Shown here: piece by piece, positions 27,424 to 37,135 of the stretch | How the letters are laid out: every line of letters starts with the position of its first letter | How positions within the stretch are numbered: position 1 is the first letter of the stretch | Assembly (NCBI GenBank): GCA_963543925.1 | Contig: CAUUCP010000002.1 | Location: forward strand, 9,485 to 73,484 | Length of the DNA: 64,000 bases | Reading direction: 5' to 3' | Origin: an uncultured Bacteroidia bacterium | Lineage (GTDB): Bacteria; Bacteroidota; Bacteroidia; Bacteroidales; CAJPTX01 | The notes under the pieces: generated by a model | Seen by the model: the letters and a program-made list of their open reading frames with translations, nothing else | Databases searched by the model: none | What the model was told of the DNA's origin: nothing | Position numbers and translations under genes: made by a program

Positions 27424-28443
27424 ATGCCTACGGAAAACCTGTTAGGGAAGAACCTTGTTGAGTTAAAAGAACTTGTTGCTGCGAACGGGTATCCGCGTTT
27501 TGCTGCGCAACAGCTTAGCGAATGGCTCTATAAGCGCTGTGTCGCTTCGTTTGAGGAGATGACCAATCTATCTAAGCAGACGCGTGCCGATCTGAGTGAA
27601 AAGTACCTTATTGGGCGCGAGAGCTACCTTTCTGTTCAGACTTCACGAGACGGTACACGCAAATACCTCTTTCCTGCCGACAACGACCGTACCGTCGAGA
27701 CGGCGATGATCCCCGAGCTCGATCGCCGCACGCTTTGCGTTTCCTCGCAAGTAGGCTGTCGCATGGGGTGTCAGTTCTGTGCTACGGGACAACAGCCGTG
27801 GGGTGGGAATCTCTCCGCTTCGCAAATCCTCAATCAGATCTTGAGTGTTGACGAGCGTCCCGAGCTCTCGAACTTGGTATTTATGGGGATGGGCGAGCCC
27901 CTAGACAATGTCGATGTGCTCTTGCGTGTTCTCGAAGTCCTGACGGCGTCGTGGGGGCTGGCGATGAGTCCACGCAGGATTACGGTCTCGACCATTGGTG
28001 TACGTCGCGGTCTGGAACGTTTCTTACGCGAGAGTGAATGTCACCTTGCTATTAGTCTCCACACCCCATTTGAAGAGGAACGTCGTGTACTCCTACCCGG
28101 CACGGGGGGACTACCGCTCCGTGAGCTTTTTTCGTTGCTTCGTACTGTAAATTGGCGAGGACAACGTAAGCTTTCCTTTGAATATGTTGTACTGGCTGGG
28201 GTCAATGACTCAACAGCCCATCTGGAGGGACTCGTCAAGTTATTGCGAGGCGTGCCGTGCTTAGTCAACCTGATAGGCTATCACCCCCATGATGGGGCAT
28301 CGTTTGAGCGCCCGAAAGATGCCGTCCTACTGCGGATGCGCGACAAATTGGGGCAGGCGGGTATCCTTGCTACCTTACGTGCGAGTCGCGGCATGGATAT
28401 CGGCGCAGCGTGTGGCTTGTTGAGTAAAACGAAGAAGGTGTAA
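27424..28443 (+). CDS. rlmN: 23S rRNA/tRNA (adenine-C2)-methyltransferase, radical SAM
   Basis: 339 aa. Motifs CVSSQVGCRMGCQFCATG and FMGMGEPL, plus a C-terminal GAACG. Confidence 0.85.
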   Translation: MPTENLLGKNLVELKELVAANGYPRFAAQQLSEWLYKRCVASFEEMTNLSKQTRADLSEKYLIGRESYLSVQTSRDGTRKYLFPADNDRTVETAMIPELDRRTLCVSSQVGCRMGCQFCATGQQPWGGNLSASQILNQILSVDERPELSNLVFMGMGEPLDNVDVLLRVLEVLTASWGLAMSPRRITVSTIGVRRGLERFLRESECHLAISLHTPFEEERRVLLPGTGGLPLRELFSLLRTVNWRGQRKLSFEYVVLAGVNDSTAHLEGLVKLLRGVPCLVNLIGYHPHDGASFERPKDAVLLRMRDKLGQAGILATLRASRGMDIGAACGLLSKTKKV

Positions 28444-28514
28444 CGGAGAGCGTCGAAACAGTAGGCTCTCACAGAGCATCTGCTAATCCCACCATCCACT
28501 CACGCCCAACTATG

Positions 28515-28547
28515 AAAAAAGCCGTCTCCCTGATGGGGGGCGGCTTT
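28515..28547. terminator. bidirectional terminator between convergent rlmN and rny
   Basis: AAAAAA-GCCGTCTCCC-TGAT-GGGGGGCGGC-TTT. The stem is about 11 bp including G-U pairs. Confidence 0.6.
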
Positions 28548-28738
28548 ACGTTTATTATTAAGGGGTATTGAGGGGAGGATGACTCTATTCTCTGTACATG
28601 CCCCTCATCTCCTCTTGCGCATCGCGGAGGCTTTATTACAGAATAACCTTACTCTTGCAAAAAGAGGTTGATACTCCAAGAGGGCATCTCACTTGTTGTA
28701 ATCCCACTTGTTGTATAGGCTCACCTTACAGACCTTTC

Positions 28739-30283
28739 CTAGCGTGCGATACCAGTGGCTCTCGTCTCGCGAATTACGGTGACCTTGACTTGTCCCGGAT
28801 AGGTCATTTCCTCTTGGATACGCCGCGCGATATCCAATGCCAAGTGCTGGGAGGCTTGGTCGTCAATCTTCTCGCTTCCCACGATAACTCGGAGTTCACG
28901 TCCTGCTTGGATAGCATAGGTCTTTTCTACCCCTGGGTAGGAGAGCGCCAAGGATTCCATATTCTTGAGACGCTTGATATAGGCCTCTACCACTTCACGT
29001 CGTGCCCCAGGACGTGCCCCAGAGATCGCATCGCATACCTGTACAATGGGGGCGATGAGGGTACTCATCTCGATCTCGTCATGGTGCGCACCGATAGCGT
29101 TGCATACCTCGGGCTTCTCCTTGTACTGCTCTGCGAGCTTCATCCCATAGAGAGCGTGTGGCAACTCGGGCTCCTCGTCGGGCACCTTACCGATATCGTG
29201 GAGGAGTCCAGCACGCTTCGCGAGCTTTGCATTGAGTCCCAACTCGCTCGCCATAATGGCACAAAGGTTTGCCACTTCTCTAGAGTGCTGTAAGAGGTTT
29301 TGTCCGTAGGATGATCTGTATTTCATACGCCCGACCATTCGCACCAATTCGGGATGCATGGGCTGTACCCCGAGGTCGATGATAGTCCGCTTTCCAGTCT
29401 CCTGAATTTCCTCCTCGAGCTGCTTGGTAACCCGTGCCACCACCTCCTCGATACGTGCTGGGTGGATACGCCCATCCTGTACCAGTTGATGTAGAGAGAG
29501 TCGTGCAATTTCTCGACGTACGGGATCGAAGGCGGAGAGGACAATGGCGTCTGGCGTGTCATCGACAATCAATTCGACCCCAGTAGCAGCTTCGAGGGAA
29601 CGTATATTTCGTCCCTCACGTCCGATGATCTTTCCCTTTACCTCGTCAGAGTCGATATGGAATACAGAGACTGCATTCTCAATGGCCGTTTCCGTCGCCA
29701 GACGTTGTACGGACTGCACGATAATACGCTTTGCTTCTTTGTTCGCATTGAGCTTTGCTTCCTCGATAATCTCGGCTTCGTAACTCGCCGCCTCGTTCTG
29801 GGCAGCCTCTGTCATAGCCTGTACCAGCTGCTGCTTCGCGGTTTCAGCAGACATGCCAGCAATCTCTTCGATACGAGAGATGTGTTGCGCCTTGAGCTCC
29901 TCAGCCTCACGGCATAGACCGTCATAGTGCTCCATTTTTGCCGTCAGCGATGCTCTCTGCGCCTCATGCTCTTTACGCTTCTTTTGTAACTCAGTTTGTT
30001 GATTTCGGAGGTTATTTTCCCTCTGTTTGAGATCCCTCTCCGCAGTCACCAGCTTTTCTTCTCGAACCTGCGTTTTAGCATCAAACTCCGCCTTCAAGCG
30101 TTGGAAGTGCGCCTCAGCCTTTTCGACCTTTTCAGCATGCACTCGTTCAGCCTCTAATTTAGCCTCTGCAATAAGCCTTTCATTTCGTTCGCGCAGTACC
30201 TTCCCCAGCATCCAATAGGCTACAGCAAAGCCTACGGCTAGCGAAATCAGCACGGCTACGACGATTCCTATAATTGTTCCCAT
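28739..30283 (-). CDS. rny: ribonuclease Y
   Basis: It has an N-terminal TM helix [24 protein letters not shown], a coiled coil, a KH domain ([12 protein letters not shown]) and an HD domain (LLHDIGK). The start was set to the ATG at 30283, which follows GGAGGAAAG. Confidence 0.9.
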   Translation of the reverse strand: MGTIIGIVVAVLISLAVGFAVAYWMLGKVLRERNERLIAEAKLEAERVHAEKVEKAEAHFQRLKAEFDAKTQVREEKLVTAERDLKQRENNLRNQQTELQKKRKEHEAQRASLTAKMEHYDGLCREAEELKAQHISRIEEIAGMSAETAKQQLVQAMTEAAQNEAASYEAEIIEEAKLNANKEAKRIIVQSVQRLATETAIENAVSVFHIDSDEVKGKIIGREGRNIRSLEAATGVELIVDDTPDAIVLSAFDPVRREIARLSLHQLVQDGRIHPARIEEVVARVTKQLEEEIQETGKRTIIDLGVQPMHPELVRMVGRMKYRSSYGQNLLQHSREVANLCAIMASELGLNAKLAKRAGLLHDIGKVPDEEPELPHALYGMKLAEQYKEKPEVCNAIGAHHDEIEMSTLIAPIVQVCDAISGARPGARREVVEAYIKRLKNMESLALSYPGVEKTYAIQAGRELRVIVGSEKIDDQASQHLALDIARRIQEEMTYPGQVKVTVIRETRATGIAR

Positions 30284-30550
30284 CTTTCCTCCAATCGACC
30301 TTATAACAATAAAAAAGCCCGTGCCCCCACTGGCTACAGCAAGAAACTCCAAAGAAAATTACGGATGGGTCGGTTGTGTACTTCTGAAGTCCAACGTCCT
30401 ATTTCTAGAATCCCGCCACGCTCCCCTCAGGGGGAGTGCATGGGGTAAAAAGGCCTTTCATTAGGACACTAAATCTCAACCCAATACGCTAAAATGTCGA
30501 GTTCCGCGTAAGCAAACAGCTAGGCAAACGGGCTATAGAATTTTCTCGCA

Positions 30551-30847
30551 CTATTTAGAACGTTGCATACCACTCTCTATTGCCTCTTGGATCTGGATAT
30601 CAAGGCTTTTCAAACGCCCTTCGATATCTTGTTGCAAGGATTTTTCTTCCTCCCGGAGTTGCAGGGTCATGAGCTCCAGTGCAATGATTGCAATCGCCTG
30701 ATCCTCATCCTTGAGTGAAAGATGGACAAACTTCTGACGAATCATCTGATTGATCCGCTCCTCGGCGCGACGTACCCTTGCCAGGTGTTCCTTGCTCAGG
30801 TTGACACTCAGAGTAATACGTCCAATTTGTACCAATTCACTTGCCAT
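30551..30847 (-). CDS. zapA: cell division protein ZapA
   Basis: 98 aa. The N-terminal beta region plus C-terminal coiled coil are typical. The position upstream of rny is common in Bacteroidetes (from memory). Confidence 0.6.
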   Translation of the reverse strand: MASELVQIGRITLSVNLSKEHLARVRRAEERINQMIRQKFVHLSLKDEDQAIAIIALELMTLQLREEEKSLQQDIEGRLKSLDIQIQEAIESGMQRSK

Positions 30848-30887
30848 GCGCCCCTTCTTGGGTAATCATATATAGAGAGCGAGCTTC

Positions 30888-31184
30888 TTACGCTTGTAAT
30901 AGCGCAATACAAGCATCTATTTCCCGTAACAACGAAGTGAGGAGTTTCCGTGCCTTTCGCACCTGCTCTGGATCTGAGGATAACACTGCGGCAGCACTCA
31001 AGACTTTGACCTCTTCGGTAGAGACCTTCACCTGCGACCGCAGCGTCGCAAGCTCTTGTTCCAACTCCGCTTTCTCCACCTCGAGTTTCTGCACACGCTC
31101 CTCCAGAACAGCTACATACGCGAGCAACCGTCCGACACTATCCTCTAGGGATTCCAATGCTTTTAATCGCTCGTCGTATGACAC
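30888..31184 (-). CDS. hypothetical coiled-coil protein (ZapB-like position)
   Basis: 98 aa with a heptad-rich sequence (LEERVQKLEVEKAELEQELATLRSQ). A -7 box lies 23 nt upstream. Confidence 0.5.
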   Translation of the reverse strand: MSYDERLKALESLEDSVGRLLAYVAVLEERVQKLEVEKAELEQELATLRSQVKVSTEEVKVLSAAAVLSSDPEQVRKARKLLTSLLREIDACIALLQA

Positions 31185-31207
31185 TTCTAGTCCCCTCTCT
31201 TCTCTTG

Positions 31208-31215
31208 CAAAGGTA
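31208..31215 (-). promoter_or_regulatory. -7 box TACCTTTG for the coiled-coil/zapA(/rny) unit
   Basis: TAnnTTTG match with 23 nt between the box and the ATG at 31184. Confidence 0.55.
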
Positions 31216-31348
31216 CACTAATTTTCAAATGTTCTAGCAAAAGCAAGAAAAGACAGCGTATAAACTAGCGCTATCTATAGTATTTGTCAAACAAAGCAAG
31301 GTAACAGACGTTTTTCATACAGTAGAACCTTATTAGCTAAAAGGGACA

Positions 31349-31828
31349 ATGGAAGAGGTAGCACAGTACGTAGGAGAGGATCTAGAATTGATGCGCGCAG
31401 CCAAGGATGCGACAATCGCGCATGGCGAGAAACTAGAAGAGATCCGTTTATTCGCTCGCAACGCCGGGATACACAAGATCGGGATAGCACACTGTGCTGC
31501 CCTAGCGCGTGAGGCTGCGATCATTGCCGAGCGTTTGGGAGATGAGTTTGAGACCTTTGCCGTAGGGTGTAAAGTGTCCAAGCTCCCACTGGCAAGTATC
31601 TTAAACGACGATTCTCAGGGATTGGCTTGTAACCCGATAGGTCAAGTGCAGGAATTGGAGCACTGGGGTAGCGAATTCAACATCGTCGTGGGGCTCTGTC
31701 TTGGTCACGACATGCTTTTTTACAAGTACAGCAAGGTGCCTACGACCACCCTGATCGTAAAAGATCGTGCCCACAAGCACAACCCGATGGCCTCCCTGCA
31801 ACCCAAAGAGAAAACAGAAGAGGCGTAG
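31349..31828 (+). CDS. DUF1847-like metal-binding protein (tentative)
   Basis: 159 aa. The assignment rests on my recollection of the family pattern (IGIAHC..., GLCLGHD, ...KHNP). No search was run. Confidence 0.45.
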   Translation: MEEVAQYVGEDLELMRAAKDATIAHGEKLEEIRLFARNAGIHKIGIAHCAALAREAAIIAERLGDEFETFAVGCKVSKLPLASILNDDSQGLACNPIGQVQELEHWGSEFNIVVGLCLGHDMLFYKYSKVPTTTLIVKDRAHKHNPMASLQPKEKTEEA

Positions 31829-32021
31829 CACGTCCCCGTAGGGAAGGGACTATATTTTTAGATAAATCGTAGGGTAGATAAATTGGCGGGGGCTCGTTGC
31901 ACCACTCTCATTGTTTTCTTGTTGGGGCGTAAGGGGGTATTCTCATCCTCTCTGCAAAGAAAATCACGAACGGGAGGGAGCAACAGCCCCCGCTACTATG
32001 TTGTGGCTAATCCAGTACCCA

Positions 32022-35000
32022 ATGCATCGTATACTCTATACACTGGTCTTCCTGCTCGTGGTCGTTTCTAATCTTTTTGCTGTTCCGACCGAGCTCTGGC
32101 GTGTCCACTTGGGCAAGGAGATGTCTGTCGAAAAATGGACAGCGTGTCAACAGCGTGGCGTCGAGATAGTTGATTACCTTGGTGAGGGGGACTATCTGGT
32201 GAGAATCCCTCAGGCTCTTTCTCACAAAAAGGTCACCCAAATCACTCGGGGCGAGGTGTCACCTCCTCCCACTCTTTTTACACCAGAGGAGAAGATATCC
32301 CCTAGGTTAGTGGCTCGTTTACAGAAGGATACTTCCCGCCTTTCCCTGCGTGTGGTGTCATTACCGAGAAGCGAGGAGTCCTTGATGCGTAGCACCTTGC
32401 TCACACTCGGTGGAGAGTGGCTCGGCTATGACCCCATCACCTCTACCCTACGTTGCACGATTTCAGCGCAAAATCTAAAACCACTTGCCTCGCAGGAGTG
32501 GGTTCTTTGGATACATCCTTCCCCTCGCCCGCGTCACGTCCTGGATGCAACGAGTGGGCTGCTGAGTGGGGTTCCCCTCCTTGATGCGCAAGCTTTAGGA
32601 GGACGTTACCACCTTACTGGCAAGGGCGTACGGGTCGGAATCTGGGACGAGAGTCTCGACCCACACCCCGACCTGCGGGGGCGCTATACGCAGGAGGAAC
32701 ACAACCTCCTGAGCAATGGGCATGGGACACACGTAGCGGGAATCCTACTCGGCGGAGGGTATGGAAACCGTACTGCACGCGGCATAGCGCCAGCGGCACA
32801 TGCTTGGTGCTACAATTTTAAGACAACGGGCGAGGTGACCCAACGCGACGATTGGGAAGAGATGGCCTCGGCACATATCACCCATCGCATCAGCCTAACC
32901 AACAACTCCTACGGAGTTTCGTATGACGAAAAAACTTGTTCGGACTACAATGAGATGGTCTATGACCTCGACGCCCCCTACGACCAAGTAGCGGCACACT
33001 ACCCATTCATGACGCATGTTTTTGCGGTAGGAAATGAACGAGCACTGAAGGCGTGTCAGACGAAGTTCCGTAACGGAGGGTATGCCTCCTCTCCGAGCCG
33101 CGGTAAAAATCTTTTGTTCGTCGGAGCAATTGACGCCGATCAGAGCATGCCGCGTTTCTCCTCTTGGGGTCCTAGCGACGATGGTCGTCTTCTCCCCACA
33201 GTAGTTGCCCATGGCGTGCAAGTCATGAGTACCAATAAAGAGGCTGGGTATATCCCCTATTCTGGGACGTCGATGTCTACCCCTGCAGCGACAGGCGTCT
33301 TAGCCCTCGCAACCGAGTATTACGCGCAACAACACGGCGGCGACGTCCCACGTAGTGACCTTCTTCGCGCACTAGCAGCAAACTGTGCCGACGATCTTTT
33401 TGCCGCTGGACCAGATTACACCTCGGGGTATGGGCTCGTGAATGCCCCAGCCATGATAACGACCCTCGAGCAGGGATGGTATGCTTTCGGACGCGCGGAG
33501 TCTCAAGGAGAAACCTCGGAACATACCCTCATTGTCCCCGAAGGTACGACGCGCGTGCGCGTCATGCTAGTATGGAACGATGCCGTATCGCTCCGACCAC
33601 ACGTATGGGGGGCACGAGCCTTGATCAACGACCTAGACCTACGTGTGACGAGTTCCAAGGGCTCTACGCTCCCATGGATTCTTGACGCCAGCCATCCCAC
33701 GGCAGTGGCCACTCGCGGTACAGATCGATTCAACAACATAGAGCAGGTAACTCTAGACAACCCCACTGGAATGTTAAAGGTTGAGGTTCTGGCACACGAA
33801 CTTCCCAAGCCTGCTCAGGACTGGGTCTTAGTCTGGTACTTTGAACGAGAGAGTACCCCCAAGTTCCTAGTACCTAGTAAGGAGGGAACGGTGGGGCGTC
33901 TCTTGCCTGTTTTTACAGAAGGTTTTGTCCCGCCCCTTCGTCTCGAAGTCTTGAAGGGGGAGAGTAAGATATCGGAACAGTCGCTCTCGACCCCAGGGAC
34001 ATTGCTTCGTCTCCCCGAGACGCTGCAGGGATCGTTCCACCTACGCGCCCGCGATACCAAGGGGAACAAGGTATTGTCACCTCAACTGCAGCTACTCCCC
34101 ATCCCAACAGGTCTGACCCTAAGCGCGACAGAGACCCACATTTTCCTTTCTTGGGATGCTGTGCAGGGAGTCTCCGAGCCCTTCCATTACAGTGTAAAGA
34201 TGTCGTGTGGCGCGCAGGATGCTTGGCAGGAAGTGGCTCAAGTCTCTACAGCGCCAGAGTGTACCCTTCCCTTAGAAAAGCTTTTTGGTGCAACAGAGGT
34301 AGCCTTTGCCGTCAATGTCGTCACAGCAAAGGGAGAGGGAGGTCTTTCAGAGACAGTGCTCTCCCCCTCATTACCCTATTTGACAGAAGCAAGCTTGCAG
34401 TTCGACAATACCCCAGAGGTGGAAATCATCCCCGAGGTAGAGGGTCAGAAACTCACCAGTGGCGCACGGCTTCCACGAGGGACACGTCTCACCCTTGGGG
34501 TTCAAACCAGCGATGGGAAGGCGCTAGAGCGCCTTTCGGTGAATGGGGTGTCCATTGACTTCCGACGTCAAAATGCAGGGCGATACACAGCACAATTTAC
34601 GATCCCCTACTCAGGGCTCTTCCCCGTTTTCCACATTACAGCCTCAACACAGGCGATAGAACGCCCTCAGGTAACATTACACACCCTTCGTTCAGAAAAA
34701 GGGGATTATGCGGTACTATGGGGCTCAGATACGCTACAAAATGGGACGCTACTATTGGGCGGTACGTGGTTGCACCTCCATCATCCCATACGTGGACGTT
34801 TTCTTCCGACCCACTTTTTGGTGAATGGGCGTCCGCTCATGGGGCTTCACGAGAAAGGGGCGCTCGTGGCGCTGTATCGGTTACCTGCGGATTATTCCGA
34901 ACCGACATTGAACGTTTCGTGTGCCTACGAGGCGTTGCCTACGCGCCGCCTACATTGCACGCTAGCTGGTGGCGAAGCTACATGGGAATGTGAGAGCAAT

Positions 35001-35468
35001 GGCGCTCCCGTAGGGGCAGATAGTCTCTGTGTACAAGGGGCAGAATTGCGAATTATGGTACGCCTAGCAGACAATTACGTCCTCGATAAGCTGATTTGTG
35101 ACGGCAGGAGCTTACAAGTCTTCCAAAAAGATGGCATATTCGTAGGCTTATATACCGTCCCCACGGGGAGTACACTTCCCGTACGCATCGAATTCCGATT
35201 GCGAGCACTCCGAACCCCCACAGAGGAGCGCGTAGACTGGTCGACAGTTGCAGTATCCCCCAATCCCTTTACCACGCGAGTGCAGATAAAGAGCCTGGGT
35301 CTCGAAGGAGCCTATACCCTACTCTCCCCCCTAGGGGTCGTGCTTTCTGAAGGTGTATGGGGTGTCGGATGTACAGAGCTCTCGACGACAAATTTACCCT
35401 CAGGAGTCTACCTCCTGCAGCTACAGAGTGGGATGTCACACCGCTACTTCACTCTCTATCGTCAATAA
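32022..35468 (+). CDS. S8 subtilisin-family serine peptidase with T9SS C-terminal sorting domain
   Basis: Catalytic triad contexts are VGIWDESLD, GHGTHVAGI and GTSMSTPAATGV. A P-domain-like segment follows. The C-terminus is VAVSPNPFTTRVQIKS...GVYLLQLQSG.SHRYFTLYRQ. I chose the start at MHRILYTLVFLLVVVSNLFA (signal peptide); ATG 31998 or 31911 is also possible. Confidence 0.8.
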   Translation: MHRILYTLVFLLVVVSNLFAVPTELWRVHLGKEMSVEKWTACQQRGVEIVDYLGEGDYLVRIPQALSHKKVTQITRGEVSPPPTLFTPEEKISPRLVARLQKDTSRLSLRVVSLPRSEESLMRSTLLTLGGEWLGYDPITSTLRCTISAQNLKPLASQEWVLWIHPSPRPRHVLDATSGLLSGVPLLDAQALGGRYHLTGKGVRVGIWDESLDPHPDLRGRYTQEEHNLLSNGHGTHVAGILLGGGYGNRTARGIAPAAHAWCYNFKTTGEVTQRDDWEEMASAHITHRISLTNNSYGVSYDEKTCSDYNEMVYDLDAPYDQVAAHYPFMTHVFAVGNERALKACQTKFRNGGYASSPSRGKNLLFVGAIDADQSMPRFSSWGPSDDGRLLPTVVAHGVQVMSTNKEAGYIPYSGTSMSTPAATGVLALATEYYAQQHGGDVPRSDLLRALAANCADDLFAAGPDYTSGYGLVNAPAMITTLEQGWYAFGRAESQGETSEHTLIVPEGTTRVRVMLVWNDAVSLRPHVWGARALINDLDLRVTSSKGSTLPWILDASHPTAVATRGTDRFNNIEQVTLDNPTGMLKVEVLAHELPKPAQDWVLVWYFERESTPKFLVPSKEGTVGRLLPVFTEGFVPPLRLEVLKGESKISEQSLSTPGTLLRLPETLQGSFHLRARDTKGNKVLSPQLQLLPIPTGLTLSATETHIFLSWDAVQGVSEPFHYSVKMSCGAQDAWQEVAQVSTAPECTLPLEKLFGATEVAFAVNVVTAKGEGGLSETVLSPSLPYLTEASLQFDNTPEVEIIPEVEGQKLTSGARLPRGTRLTLGVQTSDGKALERLSVNGVSIDFRRQNAGRYTAQFTIPYSGLFPVFHITASTQAIERPQVTLHTLRSEKGDYAVLWGSDTLQNGTLLLGGTWLHLHHPIRGRFLPTHFLVNGRPLMGLHEKGALVALYRLPADYSEPTLNVSCAYEALPTRRLHCTLAGGEATWECESNGAPVGADSLCVQGAELRIMVRLADNYVLDKLICDGRSLQVFQKDGIFVGLYTVPTGSTLPVRIEFRLRALRTPTEERVDWSTVAVSPNPFTTRVQIKSLGLEGAYTLLSPLGVVLSEGVWGVGCTELSTTNLPSGVYLLQLQSGMSHRYFTLYRQ

Positions 35469-35491
35469 AAATCTCTATCGTCAATAAAAAA
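35454..35491 (+). repeat. tandem 19-bp duplication spanning the protease stop codon
   Basis: ctctatcgtcaataaaaat followed by ctctatcgtcaataaaaaa (18/19 identical). Confidence 0.9.
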
Positions 35492-35515
35492 GTAAATTCA
35501 ATCAGTTATAGCCCT

Positions 35516-36793
35516 ATGAAACAAGAAATACAAGCCATAGACCGCAAGGATTTTGCCCCTATCGTACACGCTATCGGGGCAGACATTGAGCAAACGCAGG
35601 TGCGTATCGTGGCATCCGCCAATGCCGATATGCTCTTTCACTATTGGAAGGTGGGGCATTTCATTCTCTACCTCCAAGAGAAAGAGGGCTGGGGAGCTAA
35701 GGTCATCGACAAACTTTCGGAGGCTATTCGCTCACAATATCCTGATAAGAAAGGCTATTCTCGCAGAAACATCTTCTACATGTGTCGCTTTGCCAGTGCC
35801 TATCCTCTGAATGTGTTGCAACAAATGTGCGAGGCAGACAGCATGCTAAGTAATCCATCTGTGGGCGCAGTGAAAGCCCTTACGACTCAACTCAATCAAT
35901 TAGTGCAAGAGCCTCTTGCACTAATCCCAAATACAGAAGATCAACCGATTGAAATTACGCAAGAACCTCTTGCACAATTAGGAGAAGTAGCTCAAACGTT
36001 ATCCTCTGTCTATCAGACAGACATCAAGCAAATAGAGACGCTCTTCAAGCGTTCTGCGGTTGTTCGTACAAATTGGGCGAGCCATGTGATACTCCTCAAC
36101 AGCAAGCTCCCTCTTGGCGAACGCTATTGGTATATCACGCAAGCCGTGGCGAATGGATGGAGTAGCAACGTTCTAAAAACACAGTTGGACACCAATCTTT
36201 TCGCTCGTCAGATTACGGCAAAGAAAGTGAGCAACTTCTCTGCACGCTTGCCAAAACCACAAAGCGACCTTGCTAACTATTTGATGAAAGACCCTTATAT
36301 CTTCGATATGATGGGGCAAACGGACAAGATGGCAGAAAAGGATATTGAACGGCAATTGGTTTCGCACATCACGAAGTATCTGCTTGAAATGGGGAGTGGT
36401 TTTGCTTTTGTTGCTCAGCAAAAACATTTTCAGGTGGGCGAACAAGACTTCTATGCCGACCTCGTCCTCTACAACATTCAGCTGCACGCCTATGTGGTCA
36501 TCGAGCTGAAGGCAACGCCCTTCAAACCCGAATACATGGGGCAACTGAATTTCTACATCAATGTGATAGACGACACGCTCCGAGGCGAACACGATAACAA
36601 GACCATCGGCTTGCTGCTCTGCAATGGTGGCGACAAGGTAGTGGCGCAATATGCTCTCTCAGGCTACGACCAGCCAATCGGTGTCAGCGATTATCAACTA
36701 ACAAAGGCTATTCCAGACAATTTGAAGTCTGCCTTACCTACAATTGAAGAAGTCGAGGAAGAATTAACTAAGATTGTAGAGCAAGTAGATTAA
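35516..36793 (+). CDS. DUF1016/YhcG-family PD-(D/E)XK nuclease-like protein
   Basis: The signature core is GFAFVAQQKHFQVGEQDFYADLVLYNIQLHAYVVIELKATPFKPEYMGQLNFYINVID. The start was set at MKQEIQAI.... The track's 35357 start overlaps the protease gene. Confidence 0.75.
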   Translation: MKQEIQAIDRKDFAPIVHAIGADIEQTQVRIVASANADMLFHYWKVGHFILYLQEKEGWGAKVIDKLSEAIRSQYPDKKGYSRRNIFYMCRFASAYPLNVLQQMCEADSMLSNPSVGAVKALTTQLNQLVQEPLALIPNTEDQPIEITQEPLAQLGEVAQTLSSVYQTDIKQIETLFKRSAVVRTNWASHVILLNSKLPLGERYWYITQAVANGWSSNVLKTQLDTNLFARQITAKKVSNFSARLPKPQSDLANYLMKDPYIFDMMGQTDKMAEKDIERQLVSHITKYLLEMGSGFAFVAQQKHFQVGEQDFYADLVLYNIQLHAYVVIELKATPFKPEYMGQLNFYINVIDDTLRGEHDNKTIGLLLCNGGDKVVAQYALSGYDQPIGVSDYQLTKAIPDNLKSALPTIEEVEEELTKIVEQVD

Positions 36794-36873
36794 GCCATTT
36801 TACGTGCTGGATTCAACCCACAAATACAACAATTCCATACAAGAAATACCGAGAAACTTTTTGGGTGTAATAA

Positions 36874-36900
36874 AGGGTGTAACTCATTGAGTTACACCCT
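36874..36900. terminator. hairpin between the DUF1016 gene and the tRNA-Ser 3' end
   Basis: AGGGTGTAACTC-ATTG-AGTTACACCCT. The T-runs on both sides are weak. Confidence 0.45.
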
Positions 36901-36904
36901 TCAT

Positions 36905-36992
36905 TGGCGGAGAAAGAGGGATTCGAACCCCCGGTACGTTGCCGTACTACGGTTTTCAAGACCGTCGCATTAGACCACTCTGCCATTTCTCC
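36905..36992 (-). tRNA. tRNA-Ser: tRNA-Ser (anticodon UGA), CCA encoded
   Basis: The minus strand reads GGAGAAATGGCAGAGTGGTCTAATGCGACGGTCTTGAAAACCGTAGTACGGCAACGTACCGGGGGTTCGAATCCCTCTTTCTCCGCCA. It folds as a cloverleaf with a long variable arm and anticodon loop CTTGAAA. Confidence 0.9.
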
Positions 36993-36996
36993 ACCG

Positions 36997-37004
36997 CAAA
37001 GATA
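36997..37004 (-). promoter_or_regulatory. -7 box TATCTTTG for tRNA-Ser
   Basis: TAnnTTTG match 4 nt upstream of the mature 5' end. Confidence 0.55.
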
Positions 37005-37065
37005 GCACCTTTCTTTGAAATACCAACAACAAAGAAAGAAGAGAAGAGAGAGAGGATAAAAGAAG

Positions 37066-37107
37066 AAGCCCTCCCCTGACCATTGGTCAAGGAAGGGCTT
37101 TGTTTTT
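37066..37107. terminator. terminator downstream of SusD-like 3
   Basis: The AAGCCCT...AGGGCTT stem is flanked by T-rich runs on both strands. Confidence 0.5.
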
Positions 37108-37135
37108 CGTTATCCACACCCCGCTGCTTCGTTAT

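Noticed and set aside
28690-28715. direct repeat CACTTGTTGTA x2 downstream of rny
   Set aside because: It is short and isolated, with no associated structure or gene. It is probably a chance occurrence.
28598-29293. 231-aa plus-strand ORF
   Set aside because: It lies entirely antisense to the well-supported rny gene. It has no recognisable motifs and no promoter box.
30284-30550. calling a 6S RNA gene as a feature
   Set aside because: The only support is synteny with zapA and one long-range pairing. I could not derive a convincing 6S-like fold by hand, so it is listed as a finding and not annotated.
35357-35515. N-terminal extension of the DUF1016 ORF
   Set aside because: It overlaps the 3' end and stop of the protease gene. 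The family-typical N-terminus begins at the ATG at 35516.
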